64,000 bases of DNA from Paraspadella gotoi (lineage: Eukaryota; Animalia; Chaetognatha): assembly GCA_051294375.1 (NCBI GenBank), contig CM119269.1:10227056-10291055 (forward strand), written 5' to 3'. Below the pieces are notes generated by a model, which saw only the letters and a list, made by a program, of their open reading frames with translations, had not been told where the DNA came from and ran no database searches. Shown one piece after another: positions 34,126-45,000 of this stretch. The translations under genes and the position numbers were made by a program. Position 1 is the first letter of the stretch. Each line of letters begins with the position of its first letter.

Positions 34126-35351
34126 ACTCTTTGATTCAAACGTTTAGTGTACTCTGAACAGTAAACGCTTGGCTGTTTCTATTGTTGTTATTTGCTGTTT
34201 GTTATTGATATTTCTTTGTATATTTTTAATTGTAATAATTCCCGACTTGCCCCATAAGCTTTTTTTCTTCAGTAAGGCGATGGTAAATTATACCACACAT
34301 TTTTTTAAATTCGTGATTTGGTGGGTCAGTCACTTAATTCATCTTAAAACATCGAATTATATAAAATAAAAAAATAATAATAATAATAAGCTCCTTCCCT
34401 CCGTCCGTCTGTCTTTATGTCCGTCCGTCTCCCCTAAGCTTTAAAATTAGGTTATAATTTTGTGTGGGTATGAAAGTGTTTCGATGGGGTTTTGTGACTT
34501 AAAATTTATTTAAAATTAGGAAATCAAATGACACTTTAAAATCATTTCTTTTTTTCGTTTATATTAACTACTATAATCATATCAATCACAATAACCACAA
34601 TAAAAACGAAATTACAAACACAGCAAGAACAATAACTATTACAACCATTAACTATTACGACTGTAAACATTAAGGAGGAACAAAGTAAAAACTAAGAGTT
34701 CTGAAATATAAATAACGTTAAAGCATCTCTGTGGTATAACGAAATTTAAAACAAATTTAGATTTTATGTATAGTTAATAACATAGAAGCATTTAAAGTTT
34801 AATATTAATCATGAAAAAAAAATTTTTAAATATTACTACAAAATTTTCAAATTTTTATGTTTTATTGGTTAAAATTAGCAAAAAATATAGAAATTATTGT
34901 ACGATGATGATGATTTTAAAGAGTTTTTCCATTATTTGACCCACTTATCTTCGAAATATTAAAAAAACGCATTATATTTATACTTTTTGTAAAAAACTTT
35001 TTATGGGCTATCTGAATCCGTTCTTAAAAAAATTAAATTTTTACAAAAAATATTTTTCATTGCCTATGCATTGATAAATATTTAAATGCTTCAATGTTAT
35101 ACTGTGCTGCACTAGTTAAAAAAGTGATAGTAAATATTGATTAAGTATATGATGGACAAATGAATTTTATATTACAGAACTCTTAATGATAAAAAGTGAT
35201 CAATTTTGGCCCGCCTTAGTAACCATAGCAACTAAAATCATACTACAACAACCACAATCATTACAATGACCATAATAACCACACCCACACAACCGCAAAT
35301 ATATTTATTACAACTACAAACATTGCAACTTGCATACAAATCTCGTTTTAT

Positions 35352-35577
35352 CTATATATTATAAAAGTAATTGTCACCTTTCTCAGTCAGTCTCTGTCTC
35401 TGACCGTTGGTCGGAATGTCTGTCAGTTGGTATCTCTCTATCGGTCTGTCTGTCAGACTGTCCGTCTTTGTTAGTCTCTCAGTGGGTCATTCTGTCTTGG
35501 CCAGTCTGTCGCTCTGTCAGTTGGTTAGTCTGTCTCGGTCAGTCTTCCTATATCAGTTTGTCGGTCAGTCTCTCTGT
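35352..35577 (+). mobile_element. Possible non-autonomous Helitron 5' end with (CTGT/CAGT)n microsatellite
   Basis: A|TCTATATATTATAAAAGT start followed by a tetranucleotide tract; 3' CTAG end not identified. Confidence 0.4.
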
Positions 35578-36062
35578 AAAACAAATTAGAAAAACAAAAG
35601 AGCATTTTAGAAAATAATAAAAAACGAACGAATATAAGATAAAAAAAAGAGAAAAAGAAAAAAAAATATAGAAAACATAACGATCACGTTCACTGTTTAA
35701 CATTTGACCACCAGATTGAAAGGAACAAAAAGATTGCCATACTCTCAATGATAAATGAAGTAATTCGAAACGGTTTTTCTGTTTAACCATTTATTTATTT
35801 TACTACATAGCGGAAATTCCATTATATTTTTATATGATCTCAACGTTCTGTATTCCTTAGAAGTATTTTTGTGTTTTCTAGGCTACTGTTAAGTTGAAAG
35901 ATGTTTGGAAGATCCGAACGGAGCTGAAATGTGGACAATTTCCTGACCAATGTTCCCTTATCATTTAAACGGCGCCTCTTGAGGCCGATTGTAGCTGTTA
36001 TAACCATAAGGAAAAAAATAAACAATTCAGAAAATAAACCATTAAATTGGTGCTGAATCGCG

Positions 36063-38317
36063 ATGGATGTGGAAGAACGCCACGGGACTAAAACGTAAGT
36101 ACAAGAAATGGCATAATGATTTTACTGACTCTGACTTGTAAAAAATATCAATCATGAATTTGAGGCAAATTTCAGACCTGAATCTCCGGCGCCCGAGGAG
36201 ATTGTCGCCCAAGAAGAGTGTAAGTTGAAGAAGAAATTTCCCACGGCAGTACATCCGGGAGGTTCATTATTCCTACAAAAAAAACTGCTGCAGCGAGATA
36301 AAAAGTACTTTGACTCGGGCGACTACAATATGGTCAGGGGTCAGGCAGCCAAAGGGCCTCAGCCCAAGTTAAAGGTATAGTCAATTATATAATTATTTTA
36401 TTATTATTATTATTATATAGAAGTATTGTTAATTGAAGCCTTTTGAAAAAAAAAAAGGGCAAGACGATAACTGGAGAACGTTTAGTGGTACCCGACGATC
36501 CTACGGGGGAAAATCACCCTTCGCCCGACCTCATTCCGCAAAGGAAAGTGTCTGTCACCCAGTCGAAACTCGTTCAGTCACCGACGTCATCTCTTCCAGG
36601 TTAATTCAGTTTAAACTATATATGATGGCAACAGCTATGTTGCCTGTGATGCCCATTGGGATGGGGCATGTCACTGTTGACTTTGGGGGCTTCCGACCCT
36701 CAGTGACGCCTCCTGTCACTGGCGCGGTTACCCTTGGGTGGTCTCGCTTTGCCAACGCAGAGAGAAGTCGTTAGGACTGTGGATGGAACGCAATGCTTGG
36801 GTTGGGATGATGCGTGTTCCCCCTCTGAGCCAATGGGATTCGCTGAACGATGGTGGATGAGAGGCGGTGTGAATATACCGCCACAATATAATAGAATGGA
36901 GCGATCAAAAGATTGAGCAATTGAACATTATTTTTTTGATGCCTTTGTAAACTAAATTTATAAACCAATTTTATATCCTAAAAAAAATTAAAAAATGTTA
37001 TTTAAAAATTTAATATTTAAATTGCAAAAAGTGATTGAAACGTTTCAGGATTTAATAGTTTTTACTACAGAGGATAAAAAGTCCTGAATTTTTACTTTTT
37101 TTCCGGTTTTTATGTTGAAGACTGCCCAATCTTTTTTAATATGATTTATATTTTTGATCTAACTTTTTATAAGGAATCTAAATCTTTAATTAGAAACAAC
37201 TCTGATAAAATGATAAAATTAAATCTTTTGATATAAAATTTGTATTATTCTAATCCATGGACAAAGGTGTCAATTTTCCATATCAGAAAACTGTACAAAA
37301 ATCGGGTTTTTAGTCGGATCTGCTTATCAGCAGATCCCGACTCTATAATTCACTTTGTTGGTCCGTCGGTCTGCCCCCTCAATCTTGTCGGGAATCGACT
37401 TATATCAGGTCAGAATATCGAATTATGATAAATTATAGGAAAAAAATGTCTGTCTGTCCGTCCCACCTTAGCAAAAAACTTTAATTATTCGTGATTGGAT
37501 GGATGGATTGGAACGAAATTTTGTGAGTGGGTTGGAAAGTGTGTAATTGAGCTGGATATGAAATTTTGATAGCATAGTGCGAGTGGAAATGAGTTTAAAC
37601 GGAAAAAACAATAAAATATATTTCACTATTTGAACGCCAATTACTCATAAGTGGATGGGGCGATTTTATTTAAAATTTTGTATATGGGTAGAGAAGTGTG
37701 TCATTAAGCTGGAAATCAACTTTTGATGGAATCGTCTAAGTGGAAATGAGTTTATATGGAAAAATAAAAAACCAGTTTTACTAATTTATTATGCTTCTTT
37801 TTCTTAAATTAAATATTAAATATAAATGCAAGATTTATTAATTAATCAAATAATTAATCAATTAATCTATTAGTAAATTAATGAATAATTAATAAATCAG
37901 TCAATTAATAATTCAATTAATCAATTCATTTATCTATTAATTAATTATTCAATCAATCAAGTCAATCGTTATCGGCATTGTCGTCGTCGCCATCATCATC
38001 ATCGTCGTCACTTTTGTTTGAGGAAAAGACCTCAAAACAAATATTTTGGTTCAAATTAATTAATTAACTTGAATTAATAAATTAATTAATTACCGCTAAT
38101 GATCGTGGGCAGATCCGACATTGTTTGCTCAAACTTGTTCATTTTTGAGTAATAGAGAAATCCGTCGGTCAAAATAAACAGAAAATCGGAGCTACTTTTG
38201 AAAACCTTTTTTAAACTAATTTAAATAGTGTTCAGTGTACTCTTTTATTTTATAGGCACGGAGCATCCAATGATTCAACTCACACGTTCACATCCTCTTC
38301 CGGCTACCCTTAATTAA
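36063..38317 (+). CDS. ENSA: Alpha-endosulfine / ARPP-19 family protein, 4 exons
   Basis: [10 protein letters not shown]...[25 protein letters not shown] (Greatwall site FDSGDY) and [17 protein letters not shown]. The exon 2/3 junction is ambiguous (see findings). Confidence 0.93.
36625..36885 (-). mobile_element. SINE-like element with twister ribozyme, subfamily C, full length, in an ENSA intron
   Basis: 5' hairpin GGCGGT..ACCGCC, A-box-like TGGCTCAGAGG, B-box-like GTTCCATCC, twister motif, ATGCCC/GGGCAT hairpin and GCTGTTGCCA tail. Confidence 0.8.
36676..36756 (-). ncRNA. Putative type-P5 twister ribozyme (C1); predicted cleavage between 36730 and 36729
   Basis: GUUGGC-AAA-GCGA-GA-CC-ACCCAAGGG-U^AA-CCGC-GCC-[AGUGAC AGGAGGC GUCACU]-G-AGGG-UCGGAAGC-CCCC-AAA-GUCAAC. 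T1 is GG/CC. Confidence 0.75.
37306..38140 (+). mobile_element. DINE-1/Helentron-like non-autonomous element (family R1), most complete copy
   Basis: T-run flanks, 5' subTIR GTCGGATCTGC with nearby inverted copy GCAGATCCCGAC, GTCY microsatellite, duplicated core, 3' subTIR GCAGATCCGAC, then hairpin GTTTGCTCAAAC. This is the HINE/DINE-1 architecture. Confidence 0.75.
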
Positions 38318-40646
38318 GGATAACACTGTTAAAAGTTTTACGTTTAACCGGTTTATCAAGATACCTTGATATTGATTATTTTAAAAACTAAGGTAGTAAT
38401 AATTTTATACCTTATAGGTTTATAAATTTGGCTGGACCCTAAGAAGATATTTTTAATGCTACAGAATCGGAAAATATAGCATAGTATTCAGTTTTTTTAG
38501 GGTTTTCAGGCAATATCATTATTATTACTATTTTTTAAAATTTGTACTGAAAGCAAGACAATTTTTTTAATTTAAAGAAAATTAAGCTGTCGATCAGGGT
38601 GATTTCCAGGTCATCTTTTACATCTTACTGTTAAAGTTAAAGTAAACCAATGGACATAATATCTAATAATCTATACTTAAAAATGTATATGTTTTGTCTT
38701 TAAGTATTTATTTTCAAAATAATAAAATTTTTATACGTTTTTGTTTGGTGAATTGTTTCTAGCTTCAGGTTTCAAATGGTCAGCATGTATATATATAATT
38801 TTTTTAAATTGAAATATAATAATCTTTTTATATAACTTTTAATTAAATCCTTAAATCATTAATAATCGTTTAAAATATGGTAATTGTTTGGGTATAGCAA
38901 GCCGTATTTATGCTAGAAGAAAACTAGTGTGATCGAGAATATCAAGATAAATAAAAAAAAAAACATTCTAACATAAAAGATTTTGATAAACAATGTCAGA
39001 CTAAATTTATCTCTCGCATAAACAGCCATTGATTTAAGGAAAAATTCTTTTTTATATTTTGATTTCTTTTTACTATTCATTATCAGTAATTATGACCGAT
39101 GTCAGTAAATAATAATTAGTTTTTTTAATTTAATATCAAATCATCTGATTTTGAAAGTTTTGAATCAATATCGTCTTACAATATTGGATCAATGTTTTAA
39201 CTGATATATGAAAATTAAAAATTCAAACAAGAACGATGATTCGAATGTGTGTTACGCCAGTGGCTTTCACCTGTATTTACGGGTGATTGCGTGACTACCG
39301 TGAAGCGCTTTGCATCGGAATTCGATCTTTTATTTTTCATATTTCTTTAAAAACTGTCGCTCAGATTCGAGGTTCGGTAAAATTAACAAATAGTTACTTT
39401 ATTCAGCCTGAAGCTCCCCGCGGGAAACCGTTGAGTTAGTCAGGGCCAGGAGGCGCAAGGAACGAACGTACCGCGGCACGGCGGGCGATGCAAAGCAGTA
39501 CCGAAAATGTATAGGGTGGGGAAGTTAGAATCTGTACCACAAGGATTCGGGATACCTAGCATAATACAGACACGACATCAAGCACCATCTCTGTAAGGAG
39601 CATGGCTCTTACCTAGAACCTACTCTTGTGAGCAAAAGACTCGCCTATATTGGCATCTCGCGTCTTGCAGGCAGAATAGCAACTGAAGCCGCATTGATCG
39701 TATTTTTAGGTGATCACGTGACTTCACAAGTAAGATACGGAATTAGGTATGCACATTAAAAGTCTTGTGGTAATTCATTTCCATACCTAATTTTAAGTTT
39801 TAACCGACTGACCGACCCCTAAGTGTCTTATAAAGTTGCTCCGCGAGTACTCGGGCCAAAACTAATAACAGAACTGTTATATTTTATTTTTTGTTTGTTT
39901 TGATGCGGGATTATATTGCACAGCTTTTTCGGTTTTAGGTGAGTGATATCGCATTCGGACTGTACATACAGGAAGGTTATCTAATTGCGAATATAAATTG
40001 AATTTTTGAAATTTTATGAAAGAGTTTAAAGTTTAGCCGACTTCATAAAGTTCATTCCTGAAGCTAAAATTCCAATTTTTGTTTAGGGAAGAAAATGCTA
40101 TGGTATAACGTAATAACTAATAAACAAGAGTGATCGTCTTTGGAAGAGTTTACACTTTTTTTTGTTCTTATCTAAACATAAGGGATGATTTGTTAAGTGC
40201 ATCTACACAGTTTGCAGCACCTTAGAGATCACAAAAATCCCTTTACGCAACGTCGAGATTTTTTTTTATTGTGTTACTCTTTGAAATGGCTTTTGGATGT
40301 TATGGTAATTGGGACGGTTGCGGGCAATGGAAATCATTATTGAAAATCTCATTATCTTTGTATCTAAACCATTTCATTTGTTCTATGTTTTCTCCCATGT
40401 CTTTTCTGCCGTCTGAATGATCAAACTGGAAACCAATATTTACTTATTGTGAAACACCAATTGAACCCAATTGACGGTTGTTTCGGCAATTTTCCCTATC
40501 TCGGAGTTCATTTTCCTAATACATTCATGATTTAAAAATTGAATTTTTTTTTTTTTTTTGACAGTGATCAATCGGGTAAATATCATGGATCATTCTTAAA
40601 ATAAGAAGATTCGATAAAATATTCAAAATTACTCAAATGTAGCAAG

Positions 40647-40730
40647 ATAGGGATTAAACTTTGAAAATTAGATAATACCATCTTGGAAATAGGGATTAAA
40701 CTTTGCAAATTAGATAATACCATCTTGGAA
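40647..40730. repeat. 42-bp tandem duplication
   Basis: ATAGGGATTAAACTTTG(A/C)AAATTAGATAATACCATCTTGGAA occurs twice. Confidence 0.9.
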
Positions 40731-42080
40731 ATAAAATTTTTTAACGTTAGATTTTTTTTTTCAAGTAAATGTTTATTAATATAATTTGGCTTAATTTTAA
40801 AATACAAATGATGTATATATCAAAACCCTCAAAGGTTAGATTAAGTATAGGTATAATAATATATTTAAAAAAATATTATTATCATTTAAGTAAGTAGACA
40901 GCGATTCCAACATGAAACCAAGGTGGAATTTATTGTCAAATATTTTACAAGCAAAGAACGGTGTGAGAGTTTACAGGCAGATTGAATCGATACAGAAAAT
41001 GGTCAGTATTTATACAGAGCCCTCGGATCATCGACATGGGCTCTTTTCCCGGCGGCATGAAGCCCCTCTTCTCATTGGTCGATTCCGGAGGTGATTCATC
41101 CAATCAGTGAGTTCTTGGTTGATTTCATCCGAGTCTCCGATCCGGTTTGATTCCGATAAGAATCCGATTCGATTCCTTGGTTTAGATTCCACCTTTGATG
41201 TTATAATGTTGTAAATGATTATTTTTATAAAGTTGTCATAAAAATCGGAAGGTCAGATTTTTATTAATATCAATTTTTTAATTTATATAATTTTTTTTAT
41301 TTGAACCTCACAATGTCAACCTTTATTATTTTATAAGAATATTAATTCAAATATGTTGTATTTTACTATTCTGTTCCCGAGACTATATGAACAAAATATT
41401 TTTTGTACTAGTTATTAGTTAATCATACTATCTCACGTCTAAATTTCCTTGTTTGATAACTCAAATAATTTTTTTGTTATACAGTGTATATACTATTGCT
41501 CTTTTCCTTTTAATTCCTTTATATTAGAGGTAGGAAGTGACGAGGCTTTCGAACAAAAGAATAAACGAATAAGCGGAATTAAATTCTTGTTATTACGAAA
41601 AGCTCTTGCTTGTTGATACGAATTCTAATTTTATGAAAGATGTTAAAATTTGTTTCCTGAGCTTCAAAACTCGAGTTGAAAATATAAGTACTAGTTAAGT
41701 TTATTTGAGGAATACCTCTTAAACATTAAAAACGAGTTTACAGTTAACACTTATTACACGTTCTTCCAAAAACTTCAAGCAAATTTTTGTGGAGTGTAAA
41801 AAGCTGTCAGAAACTGGTTTAACAAGAAAGTAATAATAAAATCGTAAAACTTGCTGTTTCGTTTTAATCGCCGCTTCGAAGTTCCAACGTGGCAAGTAGG
41901 GTTTGGGGGTCGACCTCTGGAAACTAGGAAATTCCGAATTACACTACTTTTCCTCATCGCGAATTTAATGCATTTGCCTTTTCCACACAGTTTTTTAGAA
42001 AGATTAATTAAATAATATTTATTACCATCAATCAAGTCACTTTTTTATGGACCAAACTTGAAAAAAACAAACTGTCAAAA

Positions 42081-45000
42081 ATGTGGACATTGGTGCCCTT
42101 GACTTTCTTACTCCCACTTACTCTGAGCGCCCCCGTCAAAAACGCCGTGCCCGCCGACCATCCCAGCGAAGATGTTGGGGATCCGAATGATGTTAAGGTG
42201 AGAAAGCAGAAGTCGCAATTGTTCAATTTCGATTTTACGGATCCGTTCAATCTTCAATTCAATTTGGCTACTTTTTCGGTATTCTATAACCAAGGTGGAC
42301 ACAGGCCTCGAGTACGACCGCTACCTCCGCGAGATCGTCTCCGTGTTGGAGCAAGACGAACAGTTTCGCCAGAAACTCGAAAACACTTCCATGGACGAAA
42401 TTAAGTCCGGAGTGATCGCCCATCAACTCGACTACGTCTCCCACAACATCCGCACCAAGCTCGATGAAATTAAGCGACGAGAGGTGACGAGGCTACGAGA
42501 CCTAGCCCGTCAGAAACGCGTGCTCGACAAGATGGGCGAGGTCCAGGCTCACGACAAGCTCTTCCCCTCTCACCTCGACCATTCCAACCCGCACACTTTC
42601 GAGACGGAGGACTTGAAGAGGCTCATTAAGGAGGCGACAAAGGACCTGGAGGAGCAAGACAAACTGAGAAAGGAGGACTTTAAAAGGTGCGAGTCAGAGG
42701 CTTTTGGCCAATTCGTTGTCGGTCTATCAATTTAAAATCTATGAACCCTCTTCTTGACCCGTGGGGAAAGGAAGACGACGTCGGGAGTAACCGTCCACTT
42801 GTCTTCTTCAAAATGAAACCTTAAAAAGTACAGAAGGCTTCATATTATAAAATGAGAGGTACCCCTTTTTTGTGACCAGAACACGTTCCGAGAAAATTAC
42901 TGGACCAAATTCATTGAAATTTGGTATGAATGAAAAATACAAATAAAACTATCGAGGCGAATTTCAATATTTGACCCCTGAGCCGAGATATGAGCCTCCA
43001 TAGGAGAGAGAAATGGTCAAAAAAAATTTTTTTATTTTTTTAACAGATGTACAAACGTTTATTCTTCGACAAAAACATATTTATTACCACAAAAATATTT
43101 GTTTACCTTAACTTTCAACTTCATGATCACAAGCTGTTGAAGTTATATTTGGAATAATTTGGGAAAATTGGAAGTAAAACGATGAACAATGAATCTTCAA
43201 ACAAAGCTTCATTATTGAAAATTTAGCAATTTTAGTTCTAAAATGTTTTTTATATGTTTAAAACGTTAATGCACCTGATTTGCTTTTTTTTGGCCTTCCG
43301 GGGGTCACCCCCAGGGCCCTGTATCTCTTGTCAGGGGTTGAATAATGAATATCAAAATTCGCCTGGATAGTTCCATTTATATCGTCATTAAATTCGATCT
43401 GATAGTTTGGTGGGAACAGATTCTGATCACAAAAAAGGGGTACCTCATTTTATAATATGAAGCCTTCTGTAAAGCGTTTGAGATATTCCTATATAAGCTA
43501 GTAAACACAAAAATTATTATGCCATAAAAAATGATTATTGAATAACAAATTAACCAGTAAACTGAACTGTTACTGCGGCACTAATAACATTTTGGTACTT
43601 AAATTTAGGGGGTATACTGAAAAATGAATAGAAAACGAATAAACTTTAATGAGTCAGAAAGCCCTTAAAAAAATGAAGAGAATGATATACTTACGAAAGC
43701 TCTAACATAAAAATTAAGCTGCCCAGTCTTGGTTTAATTAAGAGAGTCAAAAGTTAATTATCTAAAATTTTAAATCTTTTTTAAAATATATGACCCGTTT
43801 AAATTATTATAACATAAAATATTATTATTTATATAAGTATCATTAAAGAGCTTGAAAAAAAGAGATTTAAGATAGCCAATCACAATTTGATAAAAATCCT
43901 AAATTTACCCTCGAGCTATTGATTTTTGGAAAGATGTCTTGTTTTTGAGTATCCTAATTAAATTAAAGCTGGGCCGGTTAAATTTTATACTACAGTATTT
44001 GTAGGTATGTCATTCTCTTTAGATTTGAAAGGGCTTTCAGAAGATAATAATATTAATATTATTTTATTTAAAATTTCTTCAGAAAACTTACTGAAAGTAA
44101 GAGAAAAAAATTGAATCTAAAAAAAGTGAGTTGGAAAATGAAATCCGATTTTACAAGCCAAGTTTCTCCACTCATTGTCAAGGCATATCTTAACTGATCA
44201 AAATAAAATTTGAACACATAAATGATTTTAATCTTTTCTACTCAATTAATTTTTAAAATCAATGAAATAACCACTGGTTTGCAAATGACAGTGTATTTCG
44301 ATCGGCGCTTGTAAAATTGTCACCATGTAGATGGTCGTCGGTGACCAGGTTGTTGAATTCTGCCAATCCCAATAATTCCATCCCAATGGTGCGTTCTAAC
44401 CACAGTCCAAACGACTTCCCCCTGTGCTGGCAAATCGAGACCGGCTTAGGATAATCGCGCCAGGCGGCGCCACTGGGGGTTGGAAGGCCCTAAAGTCAAC
44501 AGTGAGACGCCCCATCCCAATGGGCATCACAAGTAGAGTTCCGATAACCGTTAACAGTTAACAGTTATTAAAGGTTAAAAATAATTAACCGTTAATATAT
44601 TTATTTTAACGGTTAAATTCGGTTAATTTTCAAGTATGATTTTTGTTATTTTTTTGTTATGAAAACTTTGATTTTTTAAGAGAAAAGTTTTTTTCCTGTC
44701 CTCTCTTATTCTCTCCTCTCCCTTTCTCACTATATTTTTCCCCCTGTCTCTTCTAAATTTTTTCCCTTTTTTTTCTTTTGTTATTTTCAACCCTTTAAAC
44801 TTTTTCTATCCTAATCTCTTATCATTTTTTTCTGCCCTTCCAGTATTTTTTTTAACTTACTTTTATGGTGGACTAAAATCCACCAACCGTTCATCAGCGG
44901 CCATTGGTGCCGGAGGCAAGTCATTCTCCTCCTAACCCAAAGGTCCGGGGTTCTAGCCCGGTGGCCGCCTAGCAGTTAAGAGAGACGGGGGCGCTTAACC

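Noticed and set aside
44897-44968. tRNA gene
   Set aside because: The acceptor and T arms pair but the D and anticodon arms do not, and there is no terminator; it is interpreted as a SINE head.
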